From: Tubulanus polymorphus
Taxonomy: Eukaryota > Animalia > Nemertea
Reading direction: 5' to 3'
Assembly: GCF_964204645.1 (NCBI RefSeq)
Contig: NC_134029.1
Span: 2,976,001 to 3,040,000, forward strand
Length of the DNA: 64,000 nucleotides
Below, piece by piece: positions 31,765 to 45,068 of the stretch. Position numbers and translations under genes: made by a program. Each line of letters opens with the position of its first letter. Within the stretch, counting starts at the first letter, position 1. The notes beneath the pieces are model-generated. The model was not told where the DNA came from. It searched no databases and was given only the letters and a program-made list of their open reading frames with translations.

Positions 31765-31890
31765 TGCCAGATCATTACAGATGCATCATCGATTCTCACC
31801 AGACCACGATCAAATGCATCATCAATTTGCACCAGATTATCATCAGACGCATCATTAATTAGCAACGGAAAATCACAGATGCATCGACGA
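31765..31890. repeat. Degenerate tandem repeat of about 33 bp (3-4 copies) downstream of the PAN3 stop
   Basis: Recurring CCAGA...ATGCATCATC(G/A)ATT units. Confidence 0.55.
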
Positions 31891-32125
31891 TTCCTGCGTT
31901 GGTTATCCGGTTTGAAACTCGAAATAATCCACTGATACATCAATCATTAGGAATACAAGTGTCTCTATAAGTTATATACAGGCTTATAATATTATTAATA
32001 TATTAAGGTCTTTTCATATTGAAGTCGTGGCAGTACAGTCAGTGTTTTATAACCAGTATAGCTGGATTTTACGTCGTATCATCGGTATTTCCCGCACGAC
32101 TGATCGAGATGACAACGTCGTTTGA

Positions 32126-35100
32126 CTATGTCGATGAAGATGCCAGCTCAGACATGTGACTAGCGTGAAGAACTTCGTTGAACGCGGAATCGAAACATTG
32201 TTTCAATTCGGCGTACGAGACGAGTAAAACGGTCTGAGCGTCGCGTGACATCAGGCAGATCTTTTCATGAGTACCGGCGTCCAACTAGAAATATATGGTA
32301 TCAATACATTAAAAACCGGCTAATCGTTGAACATACCGCTGGTAAGAATTATAACACAGGCTGCCTACATTCCAGGGCTAAGTTTCATAGATGTGGAAGA
32401 AAAGTAATCCCTGGGAATATTTTGAAATTTGTCAGTTATAACCATGGTTTCTCATTGTTACTATGGTGGTTGTCACCCGGATTGAGGATTTACCCCTAGG
32501 GATAACTTTGATACTCAGTCTATGAAACCGGGCCCTGGGTATTAGGGTTGTCAATGGAAAAAGTTTCAAATTTTCAAAGTACTTTCACAATTTAGAAGTT
32601 TGTAAGGAATCGAGGAGGCATAGGAATCGTGTAACACTAAAATTTACAAACCTTATTCAAACTCTGTACGATATGAGCCATGTCGATCCATGGCGCTCCG
32701 TTCTCATCCACTTGATGGAAAACATAATCTCTGAATAACTTTAACATGTATCGATCTCCGGTTTCAGACCAACTCGGATCCATATTGAACCTTGAAATTA
32801 AATACCCGTAACATACTTCACATCATATACACTCTAGAATTATCTGAGATTGGTTGTATAATCTAGTTCAAAGTCGATTAAAGATATCTTCATTGGGGGC
32901 AGTTGCTTCCCAAGAGGTTCCTCGTGTCACTCGTCAAAAGCATTGAACGAGACACCAAAAACTCAATATTCTATGACTTTTGTGTGATTTTCCATGAAAA
33001 TCAAGATTTCACAATCGGTAAATAAAGCCAGAATTCCCGATCTGTAAGAATGCTGCTAGTCTCAATAAGAGAAAGTGTTTTTCTACTTACTCTTGTCTCT
33101 CATTGATGATTCCGAGTTTTGTGATGAGTCGACACAATCTACTGTTCTCAATCTCCTACAAAAACAACACAATACATTCAATCTGTGATCTACATCATAA
33201 ATATCGTCGACAGAAAGTGATGACGTACCTTGGCGAGTTCGTTTTCCAGAAGATCATTACGGATCTGTGCGGCTTCGAGTTGTGTATAGAAACGAGCGCC
33301 GATCATCGGCATGATGTCATTAACGCTCCTAATCCGATTGTGATTACTCAATAAATAACTGAAAATACAATTTATATTTATCAGAAACATGTAATTTAGC
33401 CACCATAGATTCCATGAAATTAAGGCAGGTATTGATTAAGCGTATCCTGGTTTTTAGGAATAGCAATTTCCGACTACAAACTCTCTACCGGCAGCTTCGT
33501 CATGTATGACGTTTACACAGGGTAGCCATTTTTATTCGACTCACTTTTTCCCCCGACTATTCCCAGACATGCTCCTTGTATTAACTGACTTGATCCGCTA
33601 AAGTTTCGATCGATCAACACAGTCAAATATGTAAGAAATAGATGGAAACTGTTTGATCTCAACTAATCTCCCAGACTTTCTACCTTTTTTTAAAGAAAAG
33701 AAATTCCCCTGGTTTTTGTGTTACAGACATACTATTCTAGAATAGGTAAAGCATATTGTGGTCGAACGAACACACCAGAAGAGAGTTCTAGAATCAGTAG
33801 GAACCAATCAAAACCTGCCTAAATATTAATGTTATGCTTCAAAATTAATGAAGCTGTAAAGACTAAACTCACAGTATCAGATTTTTCAGATCTGCAGAAT
33901 AATTTCGGGCGACCAAATCAACAGATGCCTGTAAGTGTTCACGCTGGATTCCCATTACTGAATTACACGCTAATGCTAACACTACCTTACCCAACGAAAC
34001 CATATCCTCTTGCTAGAACAAAACAATACATTCTACCATTAATACAAATATATACCGTTAGAAACAGCTTATTATCAAACACGGTTTTCGATAACAGTTA
34101 CTATTTATACAACTACCGGTCTAGAGTAGATACTATTACCTGGTAATGGGGCATTAAGCCCATCGGATTCGACTGGGTCGCATCAAAACCCAAAACATCG
34201 AAGATGCCAACGCAATTCAACCATAGTCTGAAAAATAATCCACCAAAACTAATTCAGTCTAATTCGGATAGCGAACTCAAAACAGGTGACACAGAATGCT
34301 ATAATACTCCGCTCAATGACAGCTTCACATACGTATTGATCAATCGATATCATTTACAGCTGTTTCACGTACGCATTAAAACAGTAACAGTTTGCGTGGA
34401 AATTTAAAAAAACTCTCATTCGACGCGCCGCACGACGCACCTTGATTTTCCCTGTAGGAGAATCTTCGTAGGATCCATGACGCGACACGCGAGGCCGGCG
34501 GCGTGGATCGTTCTCAGGGCAGACGTCAACTGAACGATGTAATTCCATATGAGACTTTCCGGTAGAAGAGTCGTCTGTCTGACTCCACCTGCTGCAGCTC
34601 CTTACAAAATAATCAATACATTCACTGTAGTGAAACTTACTATAACCGAAACAAGTTCTACACGATCCAGTTCAATGAAATCGAGAACAGCCCTAATGTT
34701 GAATTCAGAAAATCAAACCCGGGTACTTCAAATTTTACCCTGGGGATTGTGCGTTGAATCGAGTAAACTATTGGATTAATGTCAAAACTGGTCTTTAACC
34801 CTTTCAGTGCGTCTACACCGCAGTGCGGTGTATAAATCAGTGATGGATTTTGCTAGAACACCGCACTGCGGTGTATTGATGTAATTAGTAATTTGTAATT
34901 ATCCCTATTGAAAAATGGCAGAAAGTGTCAAACATAGTGAAATACTAGTAACTAACGATACACCGCACTGCGGTGTAGACGCACTATAGTGGTATTCCCA
35001 TTGTTCAACACACTAGGGTGGAATTTTTTAGAATTTTCAAATTTTCTCCAGCACTATAGGGTATTAATTAGTCAGCACTGAAAGGGTTAAAACAGTTCAG

Positions 35101-38100
35101 ATTCATGATATTTTAGCTTTGAAATGTATCATAACTGAAAAATAATATCTGATCATATGCCTGTGAACACCTATCTATTTATTACTAACTAAACAATACA
35201 CACAACATGCCTTCATTCATTAAATCAATTTTCACGCGCCTGTGTTACCTTTTTAAATAACGCGTATCGTTAACTTCTATTGAACTACATTTTTTCCTTC
35301 TAAAATCAATATTTCAATGAGGCAGACGCTTTGTGATAGAAGGGTGGTGTTCATTATAAATCTAACTACAGTATAATGAGATAGAAACCATCTGCGCACT
35401 GCATATACCTGATAATAACAACACCCATTACAGTTCAAAACAACCAAATTTCAAAGATTCTTTATCACATTTTATCAGCAATGATCGGGTTCAGCACCAA
35501 ATAATCTACCAAATCTTATGACTTTCCGTGTTATTTCTTGACCCTTAATTCCAAATCTCAATTGCTTTCTAGATTAATACTAGGGAATTTCAACTCATGC
35601 GAGAAAATTGTCTGAGCCGAGAAAAATATTCTCAATAAAATGACACCATCATTTGCGTGCATTTTACTGATTTCGAGCTAAGGGCACTCCTAAAGAACAC
35701 TAAAATTCCCTGACTTTCAAAAATCATCATTCCCTGACTTTCCTGGAATTATTTTTCACTGACCCCGGGAGCCCCGATTGATTTTATCTTAACAGATTGA
35801 TGTTTACCTTTGCCGAAATGCCTTCCCGATGAAGCATTGGTTGCGCCCACATTACTGAATGGATTGTTAAAACCGTTTAATCTGCCCTGCATGAAATGTC
35901 GATGCATCAAAGTCTCGGATCCGGCGTGGAAATCATACACAAACACAATCGCTATCAAATCAAAAACAAAACAATAACAACAATGATATGTAGGTGGTCA
36001 GAATTTCGTTATTTTTAGGAGTAATTCAGCTGATAAAGGAGCATTCAAGTCAACATTCAAACAGTTATGGTAGCAAGGTCAGTGTACAGTATCAATATTA
36101 ATCGTTCACAGCAATAACCTGTTTGCGCAATTCTGATAGGTCCATAAACTGCGTTTCGGGCTTATTGACCAATTCGCATTAAGAACACCGAAATTGATAT
36201 CGAATCGGTTCTCGATCATAATACCGCAAATCAGCCGTATCGGAATCGGAGTCTAGTATCACGTTAAGTACTTACAGTGGTCACCGAATGATTTAGTTGT
36301 AAATACTTCTCTCAATTGGACAATGTTTGTATGCTGCAACTTCTTCCACATATCAATTAACGACATACACTTCGTATTAGTCAAACGATAACCTGCAAAA
36401 CAATCATTCAGTAATCAGTAATCAGTAGTTTCAACGTTGTGACAATTGTCGCGGAATGAGGCTTACCGTGAATTCTTCTGAGACAATAGATCAGCCCATC
36501 TTTAGTATTGTGAGCTTTATAGCACGTAGTCGGGTAGCCGAATGTGGATGACTTGTGTAGACTGTTTGAAGGTGGTGGTTCAAGTGGATATAAACTCTCA
36601 TAGTTATCAACGCGTACCGGTATATCTGTTAAAAATAACATCGTCAAATTCATACCATTGTCGATCATTTGAGGACTGGTTTTTCTTTTACACGTATTCA
36701 TGTTGAATTATTAGTTACGTATGAGGACACATTTATTCTATAAAATTAAGATATTCAAACTGTCGGCAAAGAACATCAAAATGATTTATTCTTACCTGGA
36801 ACAGAATCAGGATCGATTTGAAGCATTGTTACTGCTGATCTATTCAACATTTCCTGAAATTACACAAATTGTAATTTGATTAATATTCTTTACTCTAGCT
36901 GATGATAATTCTTAGCCAAGTTTCCATTGAACACATTCCAGTTTAGGAAACAGCAATTCCGAATTGAAATCTGATCAGTATTTGTCACGATGTTGAAACT
37001 ACTGATTACCGATCAAATTTTAATCCGGATCTCAATGCCTTAAGAAAATGAAAGCAAAATTTGAATGCGTACCATTTTAATTTCCTCGGAACAGGCAAAA
37101 CTCGCAAGCGTTGGTCTCGGTTTCATGTGAGCGATGTGAGGTGGAACCCCTGGATACATACTCAAACTAGGCAGCATCTAAACATAAATATCAGTTGAAT
37201 TGAAAAAGGTTCATCCGTACAGATAGATAGATTTTAAACAATGAAAATGCACGATCAGATCGGTATTGACTGCCCTACCCTAAACAGGGATCATGGTTGA
37301 TATCTTATTACATGATAATTCATTACGTATTGAAAGATCCATGGATTTGGACTAAGTTTTCTTGAAAATTTGAATACTTTCAACACTTCAAATCTCTAAG
37401 TTGATATCAGTTGAAATCTGTTTAACCATTGTAAATACAGAAACTGAACGCATTTGTATTTCTCACGTACCACTCCCTGGACTTGTTGTGCCAATGCGTC
37501 AGGTGTGAAGAAGTAAGTTGTGCCACCGACGTTTTCGTGAAAGGTCGCCGCCGGGTTGTTTCCATTGTTGTTGACCATCTCAGGTTTTTTCAACGGTTGC
37601 GGTGATTTATTGCGCCGCTGAGCCAGCGGGGATTGTGTTGGTGAAAGTCCCGGACTCGCGACCGGACTTGTTCCTGCCGACATAGGCATAACTGAAACAT
37701 AACATACACTACACGGTTACCGACAGCATCTCCGGATTAGAAACAGTTCTTTCCCAATTAGAGACTGTTCTCTCCAGATAAGAAACAGTTCTTTAGGGTA
37801 GAATTACAACTCTAAGGGTTGGAATATAAGAAAGAGCTGATGTAAAATATCAGGTTTTTAGCAGTCAGACTGAGGAAAAAGTCAGCACTATTTCTAGTTC
37901 AATTTCTACGATCAAATTTGACATTTCAAAACAATCATTTTTTTACGAACTCACTTGTGACTAGAAAGACACATAGATCTTTATAGTATAAAATATGTCA
38001 GTACAAATTTCCACAAAAAATAAGCTCTTTTCAGCACTTTTTCAGGATTTACCCGAGAGGTAAGCAAGCACCAATCAGGGCCTTTCCAGAATTTTCCATA

Positions 38101-39903
38101 AGTCAGAACTTGTCAGACTTGCTCAATTTATCATTTTGTTCTATTGTTAGGGGAGGGGGTATATACTTACTGCCGGCAGTTGTATGCTGACTAATATGGT
38201 TAGCAGTAGTAGTAGCACCTGTTAACATATGACCATACGTTGAACCGAACGACGGTGTACTAGCACTATGAGACAGTGTACCGGCCACAGATGATTTAGC
38301 TGCACTGAATTCAACAGATGTCGGAGCGTGTAAGCCATGATGCTGCATCAATAAACAGAAACAATGACTATTCATTCATTCATTCATTCATTCATTCATT
38401 CATACCGGAGGTGTTTAATCATATCTAACAATCTACTCTGTGCGAGTATAAATAAACAATGTACTCCGAGAATCCATGACCTGATTCCACAATTGTGGGT
38501 TCGGATTTCAAATTCAAACTTCCATTTTCCCTGAAAGTTTCCCTCATTCCGGAGTCACAACCATTCCCTCGTGAATTCTGTTTCAAAACTGACCTTGTTA
38601 TTGATATCCAAACCGTTCAAACCGTTTTCCAGCGAATCGACGACGTTCGCTTCCATCATCGCCGCGTTCTGCGGCGCTACGAGATATTTGCCCTGGTTAT
38701 CGGACACCGATCGTAGGGGACTAGACCGCTGCGTCGTATTTTTCATCCTCTGTAACAGAATAATTCATTAAAATTAATTAATAAAATATATTATAGGCTA
38801 ATACAGGGTCCATACAGATCAGTAATTCCTGGATGGAGTTTTAAACGAGAAAATTTCATATTTCAAGGAAGCATCTACATCACTTTCATATCCCAATTAC
38901 TGTCAACTCCTCCTAAATCAGTTCTGTTTATCTCGGTAATTCTCTGTATAGTTATTATGTACAGGGTCCATCCAAATATTTGAGTTCAAACTTCCTAATC
39001 ATTGATAGATAGCGTTTGTGATATAAAGAGCAAGTACAAACCAGTATTGAATTGAAATCGGGTAAACCAGTGCTAGCGCTGAATGTAGCGTTGAAAAACT
39101 CATCTCCATTGTTCGCTTCAGCTGAAAAATAGAATCACATGATAGATTAATCAGCTAAGCTACGAGCAGGAGGTCCTGAAGAGGGGGGTAGGATTCAGGA
39201 CAGGAATCAACTGCAGGCCTCAGATTAAGAGACCAGTTTGAAATTCGAACGGAATGACGATCATGGTCTCCCTGGGCGACATTTAATCCGTATTTCCGTT
39301 CGTCAATATATCATTATATTACATCAATTTCTTCAGAAAAACTTTTACTTTGAGAAAAAAACGACGATTTTTCATGAACATTTTCAGCTTATGCACAGTA
39401 ATGTTACGCTGAAAACCCCGCTCCACAGACATTCAGAAATGTAACGATGATTTCATCAATTATTCAAGCGCTATAAAATCCAGTAGGTGGCACCACGCGA
39501 TGGTCATCGGAGGGGCATTTTTCAGCGTTACGCTTAGACAGTAGAACCAGCTGAGAATTGAATCACGCGCCTAGAAAGAAATAAATGAAGATTTTCGCAA
39601 AGGTTACACCACATTTAAGAACTTACGATTCGACGGTTGTTGCGGGATTGTCAAATTGGAATCGCCGACAATCAGATCGAACGGAGGAGTCGATCTATCA
39701 AACGGTGGCCGCGACTTCATCTGTTGTTGAGCCACTCGTAACCCTACGCTGTTAGGAGGCAGATCGTGATGCAGATATTGACAATCATCTCGATAAAAAC
39801 ATGAACCAGTATTCAGGTAGTATTTGCACGGTACTGATGATGCAGTAGCCTGTTTCTTCAGCGCAGTTCCACTAGTAGCAGCAGCAGGCACCGGGTTACT
39901 CAT
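32126..39903 (-). CDS. PAN3: PAN2-PAN3 deadenylation complex subunit PAN3 (CCCH zinc finger, pseudokinase, coiled-coil/knob); about 17 exons
   Basis: [123 protein letters not shown]. Splice phases are consistent and the stop TAG is at 32126-32128. Confidence 0.96.
32372..32538. mobile_element. Putative MITE in the last PAN3 intron
   Basis: Imperfect TIRs CCAGGGCTAAGTTTCATAG / CTATGAAACCGGGCCCTGG. A related pair of ends occurs at about 60205-60322. Confidence 0.5.
34799..35086. mobile_element. piggyBac-type MITE in a PAN3 intron
   Basis: TTAA on both sides (34795-34798, 35087-35090), perfect 12-bp TIR CCCTTTCAGTGC, and three internal ACACCGCA(G/C)TGCGGTGT palindromes. Confidence 0.85.
38370..38403. 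repeat. (ATTC)n microsatellite, about 8 units, in a PAN3 intron
   Basis: Direct reading of the sequence. Confidence 0.9.
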
Positions 39904-40469
39904 CCTGGTGCAGCTCACAGCATAGATTTACCACTCTATATCACTAGTACAATGGCTCTAATTAATTAAAAGCGTTAATTAATCACAGTTAAAACGATCC
40001 AGACTGCTGCTGTGTGTATTTTTGTTAAAGGCTGCGCGCGCATCTCTAACCCTTCAGTCGGTTGAGTATAAAATCATAATTTTTCATTTCGATAATGAAC
40101 CGATGATGATTCAAAGCATAGTCGATGATTCAATGTAGAACCACTGATTCACGCCCCTTCCCTGATGTTTTCCTACGAATTTGTCTAGAATTGAGAGGTT
40201 TTCAGTTTTTTAACCAGATTCATTTCTATGCCCTGCTAAAAGTGAGATTGCTCAGCTTTCTTGAAAGTTTTATTTTTGATTTCATCTATCCTTTGGGCCA
40301 AACATTTGAGCACATTCTTTCTAAGCCTATCTCATAAATTCATCATTTCATTATGGTTTGATAAGGTTTTTTTTCAATCAGAATCGATCCGTAATCAGGT
40401 GGTTTTTGTGATTGGGTATGTTAGTTTTGCTCGTTCCCGCTAGGCGGCGCTGTGCCACACCCAAGGAAA
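39904..40469. promoter_or_regulatory. Probable bidirectional promoter between PAN3 and the four-TM gene
   Basis: Divergent ATGs are only about 570 bp apart. Confidence 0.55.
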
Positions 40470-43441
40470 ATGGCGTTGATAAATAAGTGTATGTGTTTTT
40501 CCCTGAAATCAGGGACGTTTGCAAGCGCTTTGTGGGTAGCTGTAAGTATCTAGATATTCAATATTGATCCTCTTGTTAAATGGAGAAAGTGTTTGAGTAA
40601 AGCTTCAGATGTTTTATTGTCAATGACTCATTTGTTTTTGTCATTTCGGATTGAATTTAATCATATATTGTCATTATTGTGAGATATTTGAGGCGTATAC
40701 TATTTTGCATTATTTTCAGATATCAGGATTCTTTGCTCTGCTGTTTGTAATATTGGACCAGGCAGCGAGTGATAGCTCGACATTTGAAATATCTGGATCA
40801 TTCGTCACCGACTGGAGAGTATTGATTTGGAAACGTAAGTTATAGCCGATTTTATCATTATATGGATACACAATTTGTCACAATCATTCATCTTTCATAT
40901 TTTGTGCTAGACCTGGAGAGTAGAGGCCAAAAGTTTGTTTGTTCCACTTTATTCTACATCACTCAGATCTTGGCTGCACCCCCCCCTAGTCAGTAACCTG
41001 TCTGTGGTTTAGTTTCACAATCGGATATTTTCACAAACCACAGTCAGGAATGGGAAGGTCATTTTTGTATGAAATCTTCGTCAGCCAATTTGACTGACGA
41101 GTAATTTGCCTGGCATTTCATTGTCTCTTAAGATATCCGTCTATTTTTTGTTGTAATCGACGCACAACAGATTCGTAGTTTGTCTGATACCTATAACACC
41201 TCACCTGACGATCTTAATCCATGTGCAAATCGGCCGTAAAGTGAGAGTAAATTTCCGTCGGGTCAACAGCTGCCATTTTGAAAATTACTGGAGGTGCTGG
41301 CACCTGTGGACTGAGGCGAGGACAACAGCACAAACTAACGAAGCGAAACGACGAAATTGAAAAAAATTAAGAAATCAACACTTATTCACATTTTTCTTTT
41401 ACCAGAATTTATTATTTTATTATTTATTATGGAAAACACGAAGATTTGAAATATAAGTTGGAAAACCATCAAAAATAAAAATTGTCGTTTCGTCTCGGAA
41501 GTTTTATATAAATCCTTGTAGGTCCCCTTGTCTTATCATGCCACATGTGCAATACAGAGAAATGGCGGCCAATGGCGAAATTGGTGGGGAAATTAATTAA
41601 TTTCTCAAAATAATGTTGATTAACCACTCGAAACATACATAAAATTGGATTATTTCGAAAGGTACCTGTGTTAGTTTGTGAATCAAGCCATTAATTGTGG
41701 ACTGAAGTGAATAGAAAGTATACTTTTGAAGTGTTACTTTTTTCAACCGTGTTTTGGTCCTTGTCATCCCTAACGTTGGTATAAGCCCATCCGATTATAA
41801 AAAGCTTACCACCAACGATTAGGTAACTAACTACACCCCCCCCCCCCCCGGCTAGTTTGATTGTTCACGAAACCTCACAATCGGACAACCTTTGATGTAT
41901 TGCTCATAGTCTTTAAGCAGCCTGCAGGACTTGAACCTGTTTGTCACTCAGTGCTGATGATAGTGAATTATACAACAGCATCATACCTATATCCTACTGA
42001 GCTTATAAAGCAACTTGAAAACCTTCTAAGATTTGGGTTGTTTTCACTTTCAGAATGGTTGGCGTGTAATATCGTAATGATATTTGCTCATATTGTACTA
42101 GTTGGTTTGTCAATAGCTGTTTGTGTCGCTCATAAAAATTGGGTAAGTTTTATTCTAATATTAGAATCCTTGGAAAACTTGGACTATTATGGAATTATTT
42201 TCAAGCAGCTAAAATCTTATATAATGTGAAATTATTCCTGGAAACTAATTAGATTCTGGGAAAGTATGAAAAAAATTGTCAAAATTCAATGTATTTGTTT
42301 CTGTGAAGATGGTACCTGGTTTGAAGACTTTGAATTTCAAAAAGGAACCCAGTGTGCAAAATTTACATATTTCATGTAGGCCATCAGGCTATCAGGACAT
42401 TAGCACTTGGATGTCTCCACTTAAGTCAATTAGTCCAGGGCTCAGTTGCAGGGCTTGAGTTGCGGCTTTAAAATGGTCTTAAATCTTAAAAACTAGCCTC
42501 AAGTTGTAAAATTGACTGAAGAAATAAGTTGTTCTGCCTGGTCTTAAATCTAAGCCATGACATTACAACCTGGAATAGGCCTATAGTAGAATTGTAATAC
42601 TGGATCTTGGCCATTTGTCACAAAATGCCTGTATGTAGGAAATATTGTTTTTGTTGTAGGTGATCTATACACAAATTCCACTATTGAAAGCCTGGTATTG
42701 GATGATGGCTATCTACATTCTGTGTGAGTTTATTATAGCCCTGTATGAGTTCACCTGGTACGGCAAGAATTTATTCGTAAGTATAATCACGAAGACATGA
42801 AATCAATCGTATACAAATCACTGTTTGAATATTTGACCGTTTTGGTGTTATTTTTTGTAGCGTATCTTGTCGATGCCATGGTTAACGTTTATATTTTTCT
42901 TCTGGCTGATCCGAACCATTTTCAACGTAAGTGAAATATTTCCGCGGACTGTCTCTGAATTTCATTGTTTCTCAAGATATTTCGTTGTTTCTGTAGGTTT
43001 CCATTGTTTCTATAGACGTTTCATTTTTTGTGACTTTCATTGTTTCTGTAGATGTTGGCGCTGGTGTGCGTGTTGTCGCGCGTTCAGGACATCGAATACG
43101 ACTTGGAACACGGCGACAAGAAAGACATCACAACGAGTTTCGGAGTAGATACGTCTTACCCGTACGCAGCTGGTTATGGATACGATGGATACGACTACAG
43201 TGATTATCCTGGATACGGATACGCGGAAGGTTACGACGGTCAGGGTTACCCGGCAGATGGACAGGGATACCCGACCGACGCGTATGGATACCCGGTCGAA
43301 GGATACGATTACGATCGCACTTACGAAGGTCAGGGTTATTACGATGGGAAAGGTCAAGGTGAGGGATCATCGTCGTACGGTCGTGGCTACGATTCGTATG
43401 GTTATCGTATTGAGAACACTCAAGCTGATTCCGCTGTCTAG
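40470..43441 (+). CDS. Four-transmembrane protein (LAPTM/DUF4728-like N-terminus) with a Tyr/Gly/Asp-rich C-terminal tail; exons about 40470-40541, 40720-40834, 42053-42141, 42660-42776, 42861-42926, 43052-43441
   Basis: All five donors are GTAAGT and phases are compatible. The protein starts MALINKCMCFSLKSGTFASALWVAISGFFALLFVIL, has three more hydrophobic segments, and ends in GY repeats (GYGYDGYDY, DGQGYP). Confidence 0.8.
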
Positions 43442-44331
43442 AAATTACTGACCAACATTGGAGACTTTACTTTATTATGATATCGTATTACCTATGTTTT
43501 ATATTTATAAGCTGAAGTCGATGATTCATTTCTTCATGTAATCTTTTTTATTGATTTTTTAAATGTGCGTAATTACGATTTATAATCTTAACAATAATTT
43601 CAGATTTTTTATAATCATGAATTATGAATGAAATGACTAATTGGTGTAAATATAGTGTTATTTAAACTTTGAGGTAATCATTTTTAAAACATTCCACTAT
43701 CGCAGAGAATTTTGAATCAATTTGAAATAAGTAGAAATAAGTCATATCAATATACATATATATATATATATAACTATTTATTTCATGCCCTGGAAGGAAT
43801 ATAAGTATGTACATGCTAAATAGAATTAAGTCCCTTTGCTTTTAATAGCTATGAGTTTAAATTGTGTGTGAAGGAATAGATAAAAAATACTGACATTTCC
43901 GTCCAGGAAAATTGATTATCCATTTAGAGTAATTGCCTATAGTTTCGGTATATTCTTTCTTACTACATTCCAATTGTTCACAGATCCATCCTGTATTCTC
44001 AAAATTTATATATAAAAATATTATTCTCTGTATACAGATATTTTTACGCGTAAATAAAACTTTTATATAAAATTTGTGTTGATATTTGTATGGATAATTG
44101 ACGTCATAATCATCGGAGGAATCTTTTGCAGTTCTTGAAGTTATTGCATAAGAACGTACCCAGCCATACTTGTGGGATTTGAACACGAGATTTCAGTTTC
44201 GTAGACTGGTTGCCTGTCCATTCGATAGACTGGTTGACTGCCAGTGCAGGTGTTGCGTGCCGAATAGGAATCGTGCCATCTGAGAATATATGCGCACTAC
44301 TCTAAATTTAAAATTGCTTTGGCGAAACGAT

Positions 44332-44378
44332 GATTTTAGCGGGCTACCGGCGCTTCGCGCCGGTAGCCCGCTAAAATC
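44332..44378. repeat. Perfect GC-rich hairpin with a 22-bp stem and a 3-nt loop
   Basis: GATTTTAGCGGGCTACCGGCGC-TTC-GCGCCGGTAGCCCGCTAAAATC. Confidence 0.95.
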
Positions 44379-44756
44379 TTTCCTCTTTCCTCTTTCTTTT
44401 CTTCTCCCCCTTCTTCCCATTTCTTCTATAGAATTGTATAGAAAATGAATTCATAGATATCATCTGATATCATATCCGTTTCTTTGCTAGAATTTTAGAT
44501 GATATCAGAATATTAGCCTGCCCAGATTAGGCAAGCCGCAACTATATACTTTTTTTCTGAAAAAATAAGCTTTAGAGAAAGACTAATTCCTTGCTTAAAA
44601 AAGAAAAAGCAATCTTAATATGAAAATAAACAAGTTGTCTTTTGAGTTCTGATATGGCTACCGCCTGCTTTTCGATTATGCGCATCTTCTTTTTCCCAAA
44701 ATATCAAGACATCATATATATAGTTGCGGGACCCATCAAAAATTAGGAATATTTTA

Positions 44757-45068
44757 TGTTACGGATGAAACTCCAGGGCCGAAATACCCAATTCTTTTTC
44801 GGATCCAAGCTCCAGGGTCGAACTAAAACCCATAAAACTAACGACGACTCCAGACGTATAATATTACAAAGCACGTACATTTATTAAAGTACTGTGGCTG
44901 GGACTCACTGTGGTCAGTCAACAGATATTTATTTAGGTACAGTTTATAGGGGTAAGTCAAGTATAAACACTGAATCATTCACACTTATAACAGACTGAAG
45001 TCAGTATACCGTATAAACACTATACATACCATAACTATTCAATAACTGGGTAACACAACTGGGTAACA
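44757..45068 (-). mobile_element. Probable solo LTR (or short integrase-mobilised element), 312 bp
   Basis: TGTTAC...GTAACA termini, 4-bp direct repeat TTTA on both sides (44753-44756, 45069-45072), and AATAAA on the minus strand near 44880. Confidence 0.65.

Noticed and set aside
38481-38577. Possible extra PAN3 exon
   Set aside because: It would need a 16-nt intron after the preceding donor, and the model is in phase without it.
43037-43451. Overlapping ORFs in several frames over the Tyr-rich exon
   Set aside because: Shadow ORFs of a repetitive, GC-richer coding exon.
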